This document shows, in pieces, positions 23,513 to 36,087 of a DNA stretch of 64,000 bases. Source of the DNA: Malacoraja senta (Eukaryota); assembly GCA_038087875.1 (NCBI GenBank), contig CM075987.1, forward strand, positions 25,670,001 through 25,734,000. The letters are read 5' to 3'. A program made the position numbers and the translations under genes. Position 1 is the first letter of the stretch. Every line of letters starts with the position of its first letter. The notes beneath the pieces are model-generated. The model was not told the origin of the DNA and ran no database searches. It was given only the letters and a program-made list of their open reading frames with translations.

Positions 23513-23730
23513 TAGTAATGGGATACTGTTCCAGCAATGAGACTCCATTCACAATCTGCCTGTAATCTCTACAAATCCTGATTGATCCACCAAGTTTTAA
23601 CACTGGCGCAGGAGTCATTCACCATTCAGTGCTCCCAACCAGTACCACTGTATTCTATCTTCGATTTCTTCCTGCAGTTTTGATTTTCTTGAAGAAGGCA
23701 CTTGCCTTGGCTTAAGCATGCATGATGGAG
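23513..23730 (-). pseudogene. Degenerate Ty3/Gypsy RT N-terminal fragment
   Basis: TPAPVLKLGGSIRICRDYRQIVN...QYPI resembles the Gypsy RT motif PVxKxDGSIRICGDYK. Confidence 0.65.
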
Positions 23731-24064
23731 CCCTGATCATCATGGAGTTTGGTTAAGATTACTCTTCCCTACTGCCATCAGCCTATTAAACACTACAACC
23801 TTCAAAGAAGCTCATGTCCACATCGACTTGGGCACTGGTTTTGTATATTACACTATTATTGTTTTGTTTAATGTGTGTATGTATGAATGTATGTACAGTA
23901 AGTGTTTATCACAATTACAATCATACTTTATTAACCCAGTATGTTTTGCAACATACGATGAATGTCTGAAGAAGAGTCTCGACCCGAAACTTGGCCAATT
24001 CCTTGTCTCGATAGATGCTGCCTCACCCATTGAGTTTTTCCAGCATTTTGTGTCTACCTAAGAA

Positions 24065-24460
24065 TTAATTTGCCAAGTCAGTCATACAAATAAAAAGCAA
24101 CAGAACACCGCAAAATACATTTTGAACATAAACAGTGACAACTCCACATTCCTCACTGTGATGGAAGGTGGAAAAAAAGTTCAATCTCTTCCCTTCTTTG
24201 CTCTCCGGCGGTCGGGGGCATCGAGCCCTCCGTTTGACGGGACGATCTTGACTCCCGTAGCCGGCGGCGTTTGGGCCCTTCGCGTCGGGGCGATCAGCTC
24301 CTGCATCAGGGGGCGATCGGAGCCCGGGTCGGGGCAGGTCGAACCTTCTGCGCTGTTGGAGCTTCCCGACCCGGCCTCTCCCAGGACTGCGAGCTCTTGA
24401 TGGTAAGTCCGCAGACAAGGGATCAGCTCCAACGTTAAGTCCACGCCCCGCGGTGGGGCT
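24065..24460 (-). mobile_element. GC-rich repeat, probable LINE 3' UTR fragment
   Basis: Left part resembles 17795-17975 and 34665-34862; CpG-rich body; family not identified. Confidence 0.45.
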
Positions 24461-24875
24461 CAAGTCAATCCGATTTCTGGTGGTAATCTTCTAACCTGCC
24501 TTCAGTATTTTACTGTCCTGTTAGCATCTCTGACAGCTTTAATGCTTTCATTTGATAAGGTTTTCCAATTTAGCAGTGTCTTTGTAAGTTCGGATGGAAT
24601 GTTTCCCCGGCCAGCCACCTCCATATTCAGTCTGCTTCAGTCTGCAGCCAGTATTGAAGTTAAAATTCAATTCTCTTATCGGTCACTTTCATGACACCGA
24701 GCAAGAAGGGTTTCGGCCCGAAACGTTGCCTATTTCCTTCGCTCCATAGATGCTGCTGCACCCGCTGAGTTTCTCCAGCATTTTTGTGTCCCTTCGATTT
24801 TCCAGCATCTGCAGTTCCTTCTTTAATGCTTCTACCCTCATTGACTCAGCCATTGTGAATATTTCCTCTGTGGTA

Positions 24876-25069
24876 TGGGCCTGTCCCACTTAGGCGATTT
24901 TTTGGGCGACTGCCACAAAAATGTCACCATGTTGAAAAATTTTCAGCAACATTGGCGACAATTTTTGCTGTCGTAGGTTGACGTAGGTTTTTGCCAGGTG
25001 TCGTAGGTGAATTCTATTAGAACTAGTTCCTGGCAGTCGCATAAGAGTTGCCTAAGTGGGACAGGCCCA
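24876..25069. mobile_element. Harbinger-type MITE (194 bp)
   Basis: tgggcctgtcccacttaggc ... gcctaagtgggacaggccca; flanks GTA and TTA. Confidence 0.85.
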
Positions 25070-26149
25070 TTATTCTCCACTTGGTTCCTTCACCTGCTAC
25101 ATAGGTCAGAAATCTTGAGCAAGTACCTTTCATTTCTTACTTTCAAGATTTTTTCCTCAACTTTATGCTTCTCCTTACAATGTCTGCGATGTGAAGAAGT
25201 GTTTCGCCCTGAAACGTCTCCCAATCCTTCCCTCCAGAGATGCTGGCTGTCCCGCTGAGTTACTCCGGCATTTTGTGTCTACATGGGATCGTTCAAACCG
25301 AGTACATGACACTCTGAGTCTGAAGGAGTATTCCGATCTGAAACATAGTCTGTCATAAGTGTCATAAGCCCCCATCAAGTCTACTCCGCCATTCAATCAT
25401 GCTAATCTATCTCTCCATCCTAACCCCATTCTCCTGCCTTCTCCCCATAACCTCTGACACCTGTACTAATCAAAAATCTATCTATCTCTGCCTTAAAGAT
25501 ATCCATTCACTTGGCCTCCACAGCCTTCTATGGCAAAGAATGCCATAGATTCACGACCCTCTGACTGAAGAAATTCCTCCTCATCTTTCTAAAGGTTCGT
25601 CCGTTTATTCTGAGGCTGTGGCCTCTGGTCCTAGACTCTCCCACTAGTGGTAACACCCTCTCTGCATCCACTCTATCCAGGCCTTTCATTGTTCGGTAAG
25701 TTTCAATGAGGTCTCCCTCTCATCCTTCTAAATTTATGTAGCAACTGCATTCAGTCTATTATCTCCTTTTCTGCATAATGACCAGAATTGCAATTCATGA
25801 ACATTTTGCTCTGAAGCCTTTGAGAATTTCCTGAACATATGAAAGGCACAGTTATAAATCTGGAGTACACTTTGTGCCTAGTCTACACATCTCTTGGGTT
25901 TCATTTGAATACTCTGGTTTCCTTCTACAACCTCAAGATGTGCTGGTTTGTAAATTAGCCATTATACATTACCACTGAGTGCAGGTTAATCAACTCAGGA
26001 GCGCAGGAGGAAGAGGGGTGATCTAATAGAGGTGTACAAAATCATGAGAGGAATAGATCGGGTAGACGCACAGAGTCTCTTGCCCAGAGTCGGGGAATTG
26101 AGAACAAGGGAACATAGGTTTAAAGTGAGGGGGGGGGGGGGGAAGATTT

Positions 26150-26570
26150 ACTCACTCTGGAGTTTAGAAGGATGAGAGGGAATCTTATTGAAACATATAA
26201 GATTATTAAGGATTTGGACACGCTAGAGGCAGGAAACATGTTCTCGATGTTGGGGGAGTCCAGAACCAGGGGCCACAGTTTAAGAATAAGGGGTAAGCCA
26301 TTTAGAACGGAGATGAGGAAACACTTTTCCACACGGAGAGTTGTGAGTCTGTGGAATTCTCTGCCTCAGAGGGCAGTGGAGGCTGGTTCTTTGGATACTT
26401 GCAAGAGAGCTGGATAGGGCTCTTAAAGATAGCGGTCAGGGGGATATGGGGAGAAGGCAGGAACGGGGTACTGATTGGGGATGATCAGCCATGATCACGT
26501 TGAATGGCGGTGCTGGCTCGAAGGGCCTAATGGCCGACTCCTGCACCTATTGTCTATTGTCTATTGTCTA
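26150..26570 (+). mobile_element. CR1 3' fragment nested in another CR1 fragment (about 25996-30770)
   Basis: ORF 26172-26417; host CR1 resumes at 26571 and again at 30607. Confidence 0.85.
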
Positions 26571-26768
26571 TTTAATTGGAATCTGAGGAGTAACCTTTTC
26601 ACGCAAAGGGTGGTGGGTGTATGGAACGAGCTGCCGGAGGAGGTAATAATAATAATAATAGATTTTATTTATATAGCGCTTTTCAGGACTCAAAGTCGCT
26701 TTATATTGAGAGTCAAGAATAAACAAAACAAAATAGAGCAGTAAGACAGAGGGGAGGGGAACATGGGA

Positions 26769-29700
26769 CTAAGGGTATGCAGAGGTGAAGAGATGGGTCT
26801 TGAGGCGGGACTGGAAGATGGTGAGGGACTCAGAATTTCGGACTGGTTGTGGGAGGGAATTCCAGAGCCTGGGAGCTGCCCTGGAGAAGGCTCTGCCTCC
26901 AAAAGTGCAGAGGTTGGATTTCGGAATGGAGAGGAGACCAGCTGATGTGGATCTGAGGGACCGTGAGGGTTGGTAGGAGGAGAGGAGGTCAGTGAGATAA
27001 GGGGGGGCCAAGTGGTTGAGGGCTTTGTAGGTGAGGACCAGGATTTTGTAGGTGATCCAGTGGTAAATGGGAAGCCAGTGGAGTTCTTTGAGAACTGGGG
27101 TGATGTGGTGCCAGGATTTGGTGTGGGTAATGAGTCGGGCGGCTGCATTCTGGACCAGTTGGAGTCGGTTGATGTTGCTGGAATTGATGCCAAAGGGAAG
27201 AGAGTTACAGTAGTCCAGTCGGGAGGAGATGAAGGCATGGATGAGTCTTTCAGCAGCGGGGGGTGTGAGAGAGGATCTGATTTTGGCAATGTTGCGGAGG
27301 TGAAAAAATGATGTTTTGACAACATGGCGGATGTGAGGCTCAAGGGAGAGGGTTGAGTCAAGGATCACGCCAAGGTTGCGGGCCTGAGGAGATGGGGAGA
27401 CAGTGGTGCCGTCAATAGTGAGAGTGGGGTTGTTAATTTTAGTGAGTGTTGATTTGGAGCCAATGAGGAGAAATTCTGTTTTGTTACTGTTTAATTTAAG
27501 GAAGTTGAGTTGCATCCAAGATTTGATGGCTGATAGGCAGGAGTTGATATGGGAGAGAGGGGGGTGGTGGGGGGACTTGGTGCTGAGATAGATCTGGGTG
27601 TCATCAGCATAGCAGTGGAAGTCCAGGTTGAAGTGACGGAGTATATGACCAAGGGGGAGGATGTAGATGATGAAGAGGAGGGGACCAAGAATGGAGCCTT
27701 GGGGAACGCCTTGAGTGACAGTGGCTGTGGCAGAGGTGTGGTTATGGAGAGAGATGAAGTGGGATCGGTTGGAAAGGTAGGAACGGAACCAGCTGAGTGC
27801 AGAACCTTCAATGCCAAGGTCCCTAAGTCTGGTGAGCAGGATGTTATGGTTCACGGTATCGAAGGCTGCACTCAGGTCGAGGAGGATGAGGATATTGAGG
27901 GAGCCAGTGTCAGCAGAGGTAAGGAGGTCATTGAGGACTTTGAGGAGAGCAGTTTCTGTGCTATGGAGGGGGCGAAAGCCAGATTGGAGGGGTTCGAATA
28001 GGTTATACGCGAGGAGGTGGGAATGAAGTTGTGACGCGATGATACGCTCCAGGGTTTTTGAAAGAAAGGGGAGGTTTGAGATAGGGCGGTAGTTAATGAG
28101 AGAGGAGCGATCAAGACCAGGTTTCTTTAAGATTGGTGTGACAGCAGCAGTTTTGAAAGCAGAGGGGACAATTCCTTGGGACAATGAGGAGTTGAAGAGA
28201 TTAGTGAGGTAGGGGCAGAGAGTGGGGAGGCAGGACTTCAGCAGGGGAGTGGGGAGAGGGTCGAGGGAGCAGGTAGTGGGTTTGGAAGAGCTGATGAGTT
28301 TGGAGATTTCAGTAGGGGTGACCGGGTCAAACTGGGAGAGGAAGCAGTGAGGGGGAGGGGTATGGAGATCAGCGGAGATGTTGAAAGGAGGGGCCTTGGT
28401 AGGTGGTGGAGTAGATGCTGGGGAGTCAGGTACAGGGGATAAGGATTGATAGATGGTGCTGATTTTGTCAGCAAAAAAGTGGAGGAATGAGTTGCAGAGA
28501 TCCGGAGTGGAGGTAGGGAGAGTGTTGGCTCGAGGTTTGAGGAGGTTGCACACTGTGGAGAAGAGGGTTCTGTGGTTTAGGCAGGGGTCAGTGAGTATGG
28601 AGGAGAGGTAGGCAGATTTAGCAGCAATGAGGGCATCTTTGTAGGCAGTGAGGTGGAGTTTGTAAGCTTCATGGTGGACTGTGAGAGGTGATTTCTTTAT
28701 GAGTCGTTCAAGTCGGCGACCAATCTGTTTCAGCTTACGAAGTGCAGGTGTGTACCAGGGTGAAGATTTATTAAAAGTTACGGTTCTTGTTTTGAGGGGA
28801 GCCAGAGTGTTAAGGGAGGTGGAATTGAGATGGTTTGTGAGATCATCAGGTGAGATGTGGGTTGAGTCCAGGGGGAGAGTGGTGGAGAGCAGGTCAGAGA
28901 GATGGTGGGGGGTCGATGGATTTTAGATTACGGAAGGTGATTTCTCGGAGGAAGCGGGGGCGAGGTGTCGGAGAAGGGATGGTGAACCGTATGAGCTTAT
29001 GATCCGAGAGGGGGAAGAGGCATGGATGGAGGTCGAGTACCGGTTGATTTGTAGAGCAGACCAGGTCAAGGATGTGATCTTTGTCATGAGTGGGAAAGGT
29101 GACGTGCTGAGTGAGAGAGAAGTTGTCAAGTAGAAAAGCGAATTCAGATGCGAGCTTGCAGGTGGGGGAGTCCATATGAATGTTTAAGTCACCAAGTAGC
29201 TGCAGACGTGGGGAGAGAGATGAGACAAGTGTGAGGAATTCAGTGAGGTCAGATAGGAAGGAGGGGTTTGGTTTAGGTGGCCGGTAAATGAGGATGACTG
29301 TCATGGAGGAAAGGGCTTTGAAGGCAAGGAATTCAAATAATGCTACTGGGGGGAGGGGGAGTTCAGCGATCGGAAAGTTCTGGTTGAAAATAACAGCGAG
29401 GCCGCCTCCATGGCGGGAGGGGCGGGGTTTGGAAATATAGTTAAATCCAGATGGGGATGCTTGGTTGAGGGAGAAGAAGACATTGGGTTGTTGCCAGGTT
29501 TCAGTGAGCAGAAGGAAGTCAAGAGTGTTGTCAAGGAATAGTTCATGGAGGGCAAGTGCTTTGTTGTTGAGCGACCGGGTGTTGAGGAGGGCAAAGTTGG
29601 CATTGTGAGAGGGTGGAGGGATGGGGGCAGGCTGGAGAGATCTGAGGTTGTCCCAGTTGACAGTGCATGTGGTCAGCTGGGATGGGGGGTGACATGGTTG

Positions 29701-29895
29701 AGGGGGGGCAGAGCGTGATAGTGAGCAGATGGATGGAATAGAATGTCCATGGCCGAAGCAAACAAGCTTGCGTCGAGAGCCTCTATGGATGTAACGGGGT
29801 CGACGCAGAAGTCCAAACTGTTTAATGATTGGGATGCAGGATGGGGTGTGATTGTTGGAGAGACCAGTCAGCCACAGAGCCGAGTATTTGATCAT
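26769..29895 (-). pseudogene. L2 ORF (AP endonuclease plus reverse transcriptase), one frameshift
   Basis: RRPRYIHRGSRR, LLNTRSL, LTETW, YRPPK, GDLNIH, SDH; RT motifs LDLSAAFDTVNH, GVPQGSILGP, YADD; frames join if one base is removed from the G6 run at 28907-28912. Confidence 0.92.
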
Positions 29896-29904
29896 GATGA
29901 AGCG

Positions 29905-30380
29905 GCAGAGAGGTTGTCCAGCGGTGAGGGCGCAGAGAGGTGTCCAGCAGAGAAGTCGAAGAGAGGTGTCCAGCAGCGATGGGTGTCCGGCAGCGAGGGC
30001 GCAGAGAGGCCGTCCAGCGGTGCAGGTGCAGAGAGGCATCCAGCGGTGCAGGTGGAGAGAGAAGCCAGCGGTGGGTGAGCAGAGAGGCCGTCCAGTAGAG
30101 CTGGTGCAGCGAGGTGTCCAGCAGTGAGGGAGCAAAGAGGCCGTCCAGCAGTGCAGGTGCAGCAAGGCGTCGAGCAGAGCAGGTGCAGAGAGGCCGTCCA
30201 GCAGCGCAGGTGGAGAGAGGCCGTCCAGCAGCGCAGGTGCAGCGAGGCGTCGAGCAGTGCAGGTGCAGAGAGGCCGTCCAGCGGCGCAGGTGGAGAGAGG
30301 CTGTCCAGGTTGGGGGTGCAGAGAGGTCCAGCTGGTGCAGCGTCGCTGGTGCAGGGAGATGTCCAGGGAGGTGTCCAGCG
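29905..30380 (-). repeat. Tandem 28-33-bp minisatellite in the L2 5' UTR
   Basis: Roughly 15 degenerate units of gcagagaggccgtccagcagcgcaggt. Confidence 0.85.
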
Positions 30381-31489
30381 TCCTCTCCGGGCAGCGTGCA
30401 GGGTTCTAGCGGCTAGCGGTGTAGGCCGCAGGGCGATCGATTCCACGGTTAGAAACGGCCAAGCGCCGGAGACCACCGCAACCTACAGTGGTCCTTCGTC
30501 GAGTGGTGGGTTGTGGCTTCGTCCGAGGTCGAATTTACCGCAGTCGGCAAACTCGCTATAGGGAGTCGTCAATTCGACTCCGCTCCACTGCCGCCATTTT
30601 CCCTATGAGGTAGTTGAGGCAGGGAATATCCCAATGTTTAAGAAACAGTTAGACAGGATCAGACAGGTTTAGAGGGATATGGACCAAGTGCGGGTAGGTG
30701 GGACTAATGTAGATGGGACATATTGGCCTAAGGGTCTGTTTCCACACTGTATGACTGTATGACTCTATAACCGATGAGTCAGGGGGAATAAATTCCATAG
30801 GTAGAAGAGAAAAAAAGAGAAAGGAGGAATGGGATAAATAGGGCCGTTCCTCTGGAGCCAACATGGACACAATGGGCCAAATGGCCGCCTTCCATATCAT
30901 TATAAGATAATATATATGAAATTCAACCTATTCCTCTCTGTATGCAATTAATTGAAAAGACAAAATACTTCCAAGTCCATGTGATATTTCTCTTGCATTG
31001 ATTTAACATAATTATGCATTATGCCAAGATTAGCATCAAAATAGTTTAAAAGCTGCTTGAAGATAGACACAAAGTGCTGGAGTAACTCAAGGGGTCAAGC
31101 AGCATCTCTGGAGAACAAAAGCTTCTTGGACAGCTTAATGAAACTTCCACGTATTGACGACACAACAACAGATATTGTCTTTCCCGGCCCAAAACGTTGC
31201 CTATTCCTTCGCTCCCTAGATGCTGCCTCACCCGCTGAGTTTCTCCAGCATTTTTGTCTACCTTTGTCTTTCTTTCCATTATTTCACTACGGTAGCATTT
31301 CCGACTGGGATAGAAAAAGCCGGTGTGTTATTTGTGACTGTGAGAACGTCCAAGTGCATGCACGCAGGTAGATCTTACTCATAACACCCTGGACACGTCA
31401 TTCCACTCAATCGGAAGAAAACACTCCACTCAATCTGAAGAAAAGTTGTGTAGAAGAGTTCCGACCTGAAACATCGCCTATCCATGCCT

Positions 31490-31773
31490 CATGGCGCAGG
31501 AGTTAAGGGTTCTATCCTAACCTCAGGTGCTGTCTGTGTGGAGTTTGTACGTTATCCCCATACTCGCATGGATTTCCTCTCACATTCCAAAGTCGCATGG
31601 GTTTTGTAGCTTAATTGGCCTCTGTAAATTGTCCCTTGTGTGTAAGGAGCGGATGAGAAAGTGAGATGATATGGAACTGCTGTGAAAGAGGGATCAATGA
31701 TCAACGTGGATTTGGTGGGCTGAAGAACCTCTTTCCATGTTGTATCACTAAACTAAACTAAACTAATCTAAAC
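31490..31773 (+). mobile_element. Diverged HE1-like SINE
   Basis: V-domain and (TAAAC)n tail. Confidence 0.7.
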
Positions 31774-31774
31774 T

Positions 31775-32060
31775 TAAGAATAAGGAGTAAGCCATTTAGA
31801 ACAGAGACAATGAAACACTTTTTCACACAGAGAGTTGTGAGTCTGTGGAATTCTCTGCCTCAGAGGGCGGTGGAGGCCGGTTCTCTGGATACTTTCAAGA
31901 GGGAGCTAGATAGGGCTCTTAAAGATAGCGGAGTCAGGGGATATGGGGAGAAGGCAGGAACGGGGTACTGATTGGGGATGATCAGCCATGATCACATTGA
32001 ATGGCGGTGCTGGCTCGAAGGGCCAAATGGCCTACTCCTGCACCTATTGTCCATTGTCTA
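31775..32060 (+). mobile_element. CR1 3' fragment
   Basis: Close match to 22146-22433. Confidence 0.88.
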
Positions 32061-32637
32061 AACTAAACTAAGCTAAACTAAACATTTCTTCCGCAGATAA
32101 GGACACAAAGTGCTGGAGTACTTCAGCAGGTCAGGCAACATCTCCGGAGATTTTGGATAGGTGACGTTTCGGGTGGGGATCAGTCTGAAGAAGTGTCCTG
32201 ACCCGAAATGTCACCTGTCTTGTACACCAGAGATGCTGCCTGACCTGCTGAGGTCACTCCAGCACTGTGTTGCTTGTTTTTGTAAACCAGCATCTGCAGT
32301 TCCTTTGCCTCGACTTTGCTTCCAGAGATGCTGCCTGACCCACCGGGTTACTCCAGAGCACTGGATGTTACATGCATTCTGTAACTATTGGTGTTGAAAA
32401 AGAGCACAGTGTTGGGTGTGCCTCAGGCATTATGTTGGGAAACAGATAGACCGGCGCAAAGAGAGCTTTAACCGGCAACAAGCTTGAGTTCTACGCAGAC
32501 AATACAGCAGTTTCTTTTGATAAACATGAAGCTCGTCCAACTGGTTAGGATGGGTTCATGAAAGACCAGCAATCCTACACAGAAGAAGACAGAATAATGT
32601 TCTAGTTTGATGCAGTACATGTTCAACAGAGCAAAAG

Positions 32638-32952
32638 CGGCACGGTGGCGCATCGGTGGAGTTGCTGCCTCACAGCGCCAGAGACCTGGGTTCGATCCTG
32701 ACTACGGGTGCTTGTCTGTACGGAGTTTGTGCGTTCTCCCTGTGACCTTCTGTGTTTTATCCGGGTGCTCCGGTTTCCTCCCACACTCCAAAGACGTGCA
32801 GGTTTGTAGGTTGATTGGCTTTGGTGAAGATTGTAAATTGTCCCTGGTGTGTGTAGGATAGTGTTAGTGTGCAGGGATCGCTGGTCGGCATGGACTCGGT
32901 GGGCCGAAGGGCCTGTTTATGCGCTGTATCACTAAACTAAACTCAATTAAAC
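32638..32952 (+). mobile_element. HE1-like SINE
   Basis: Matches the SINE consensus. Confidence 0.88.
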
Positions 32953-33741
32953 ACAGAGGTGTGGCCTGATCAATTAATTTGTACAACTAATCCAAAAAAA
33001 AACCAGAATCAAAAGGTTGGCTTTATGTTGCCAACAAAAAGTTAATGTTTATAAGTAATAGGAGCAGAATTAGGCCATTCGGCCCATCAAGTCTACTCCA
33101 CCATTGAATCATGGCTCTCTTTCTCTCTCAACCCCATTCTCCCGCCTTCCCCCCATAACCCCTGACACCAGTACTAATCAAGAATCTACTTATCTCTGCC
33201 GTAAAAAATATCCATTGACTTGGCCTCCACAGCCTTCTGTGGCAATGAATTCCATATAATTCACCACCCTCTGACAAAATAAAATCCGCCATATCTCCTT
33301 CCTAAAGGAATGTCCTTTATTTCCGAGGCTACGATCTCTGGTCCTAGACTCTCCCACTAGTGGAAGTATCCTCTCGACTGAAGAAGGGTCTCAACCCGAA
33401 TCGTCACCTATTCCTTCTCTCCAGAGACGCTGCCTGTCCCGCTGAGTTACTCCAGCTTGTTGTGTCTTTCTTTGCTCCCAACATCTACTCTATCCACTCA
33501 AAAAAAAAGAGACCAGGCAAATATCTTCGGTGTAAACCAGCATCTGCTCCACTGCGAAATCTCCTCAAGGCATGCCGACTTTGAAGAAGTCCTCCACCTC
33601 TCTCTGACAGGAGTTCTGCAACCCCCTCTCTCTCTCTGCTCCCCCTCTGTGCTGCCTGTTCTGTACCTCTTCATACCCCTAGTTTCCTTCTCCCCTGACC
33701 CGCAGTCTGAAGATGGTTCTCGACCCAAAACGTCACCTATT

Positions 33742-34032
33742 CATAGAAACATAGAAACATAGAAATTAGGTGCAGGAGTAGGCCATTCGGCCCTTCGAGC
33801 CTGCACCGCCATTCAATATGATCATGGCTGATCATCCAACTCAGTATCCCGTACCTGCCTTCTCTCCATACCCTCTGATCCCTTTAGCCACAAGGGCCAC
33901 ATCTAACTCCCTCTTAAATATAGCCAATGAACTGGCCTCAACTACCCTCTGTGGCAGAGAGTTCCAGAGATTCACCACTCTCTGTGTGAAAAAAGTTCTT
34001 CTCATCTCGGTTTTAAAGGATTTCCCCCTTAT
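33742..34032 (-). mobile_element. Young CR1 3' fragment inserted in a pLTR fragment
   Basis: Nearly identical to 4220-4483; (catagaaa)n tail. Confidence 0.9.
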
Positions 34033-34564
34033 TCCTTCCCTCCAGAGACGCTGCCTGTCCCGCTGAGTTACTCCACCATTTTGTGCCTATCTTCTTTTAT
34101 ATATATTTAATATTCCTATCAGTTGTGTTACATTAAGTTTGCCATTTGACGGGTATAATAATATAACCAATCTGACACTCCTAGCTTCAGAAGTCCCTGA
34201 CATTTACACCATTTAAAAATAAATAGACAACAGACCCAAGTACTTACTGAATACATCAGAACATGAAGTAAATTGAACATAGAAGAAATGTATTATGTTG
34301 CCAGAGAAGCAAATTTATTGACAATCAGATGACACAAATATTTAAAATTTATGGAAATTAAAATTCATCAACGCAGAACACAATTTCAGAAATAAACGTG
34401 TGTTGTATACTCTTTCATTTAGCATTACTATTCATTCCTCAGGAAACTAATTGTATAAGTGGAGCTGGCTGCCGAGCTTGCCAATATGCCACAGTTTCTG
34501 CATCGTAAGGAAGTTTGAATGTGGGTTTGCATAACGGAGCATCCTGAAGGAATTTTGGAGTGGC

Positions 34565-35078
34565 TTAGTTTAGTTTCGAGATACAGCGCGGAAACAGGCC
34601 CTTCGGCCCAACGGGTCCGTGCCGGCCAGCGATCTCCGCACATTAACACTATCCTACACACAATAGGCCCCGACCATGGGTGAACATGAGGAAGAGGACT
34701 GAACATTATTGCCTTCCCTCACAGTGGGAAACGTTGATTCTGCTGTGGGGGATGTTTATGTTCAATTCTATAGTGTTGTGTTTATTTTATTCGTGTGGCT
34801 GTATGGTAACTCACTGCACCAATTGGTGTATGTAACAATAACTGTAACTTCAACTTGAACTTGGGACCATTTACATTTATACATTTACCAAGCTAATTTA
34901 CCTACAAGCCTGCACGTCTTTGGAGTATTGGGGGGAAAACCAAAATCTCGGAGAAAACCCACGCGGGTCACGGGGAAAACGTACAAACTCCGTACAGACA
35001 GCACCCGTAGTCGGGATCGAACCTGGGTCTCTGGTGCTGAAAGGGCTGCATGGCAGCTACTCTACCGCTGTGCCACCT
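34565..35078 (-). mobile_element. HE1-like SINE with insertion (about 34665-34862)
   Basis: Consensus on both sides of the insert. Confidence 0.8.
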
Positions 35079-35239
35079 TGCTGTACAATCTGAACTGGCA
35101 GCAAGTGTGTGTGTGCGTTTTCACGCTTTGTAATGAACGTAACAATGACACAACGATCGTTTCGCTGAACACTTACGCTCAGTCCACCTTGGCCTACCCG
35201 ATCACCCGGTTCCCAAACATTTTAACAAGTTCGGTCTTT

Positions 35240-35584
35240 ATTCTTTGGAGCGCAGAAGGTTAAGAGGGGACTTGATAGAGGTCTTTAAAATTATGAGCGG
35301 GTTAGACAGAGTGGACGTGGATAAGCTTTTCCCATTGAGAGTAGGGAAGATTCAAACAAGGGGACATGACTTGAGAATTAAGGGACAGAAGTTTAGGGGG
35401 AACATTAGGGGGAACTTCTTTACTCAGAGAGTGGTAGCTGTGTGGAATGAGCTTCCAGTGGAAGTGGTGGAGGCAGGTTCGATGTTATCCTTTAAAAATA
35501 GATTGGATGGGTATATGGACGGGAAAGGAATGGAGGGTTATGGTCTGAGTGCAGGTAGATGGGACTAGGGGGAAGTATTTATTT

Positions 35585-35616
<32 letters not shown>

Positions 35617-35692
35617 TGTTCGGCACGGACTTGAAGGGCCGAGATGGCCTGTTTCCGTGCTGTTATGGTTATATGGTTATATGGTTATATGG
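35240..35692 (+). mobile_element. CR1 3' fragment, distinct subfamily
   Basis: ORF 35245-35568 LRGDLIEVFKIM...FFTQRVVAVWNELP; internal A-run; (atggttat)n tail also seen at 48395-48468. Confidence 0.88.
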
Positions 35693-35777
35693 TTAACTCC
35701 CACAATCTTCCATTTTAACTCTACCGCTGCACCACTGTGCCGCCCAAAACAAAGAGCAAAGTTTTATATTGTACACA

Positions 35778-36087
35778 GGGCGTCATGGTGGCGCAGCGGT
35801 AGAGTTGCTGCCTTACAGCACCAGAGACCCGGGTTTGGTCCTGACTACGGGTGCTGTCTGTACGGAGTTTGTACACTCTCCCCGTGACCTGCGTGGGTTT
35901 TCTCCAGGAGCTCCAGGTTCCTCCCACACTCCAAAGACGTGTTTCAGGTTTGTAGGGTAATTGGCTTGGTAAGATCGTAAATTGTCCATAATGTGTGTAA
36001 GATCGTGTTAGAGTGTGAATTGGATCACTGGTGGGCCGAAGGGCCTGTTTCCACGCTGTATCTTTAAACCAAACTAAACCAAACTAA
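35778..36087 (+). mobile_element. HE1-like SINE
   Basis: Matches the SINE consensus. Confidence 0.87.

Larger units (their letters stand above)
26646..30606 (-). mobile_element. Full-length single-ORF L2-clade LINE
   Basis: TSD gaggta at 26640-26645 and 30607-30612; 5' end gggaaaatggcggc; (TTA)n 3' tail; EN and RT coding region. Confidence 0.92.

Noticed and set aside
23316..23618. ORF that looks like a Gypsy-RT/LINE-endonuclease fusion protein
   Set aside because: Chance in-frame junction of two degraded fragments; both parts are truncated and flanked by stops.
26785..28026. Several plus-strand ORFs over the L2, and likewise 50654-51196 over the Penelope element
   Set aside because: Antisense shadows of the retroelement coding strand.
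29905..30380. Regularly spaced ~30-bp repeats as a CRISPR array
   Set aside because: Tandem degenerate units without unique spacers, inside a eukaryotic LINE, with no cas genes.
32473..32573. Minus-strand segment with a good splice acceptor and one open frame
   Set aside because: Weak donor (gttaaa) and an unrecognisable peptide.
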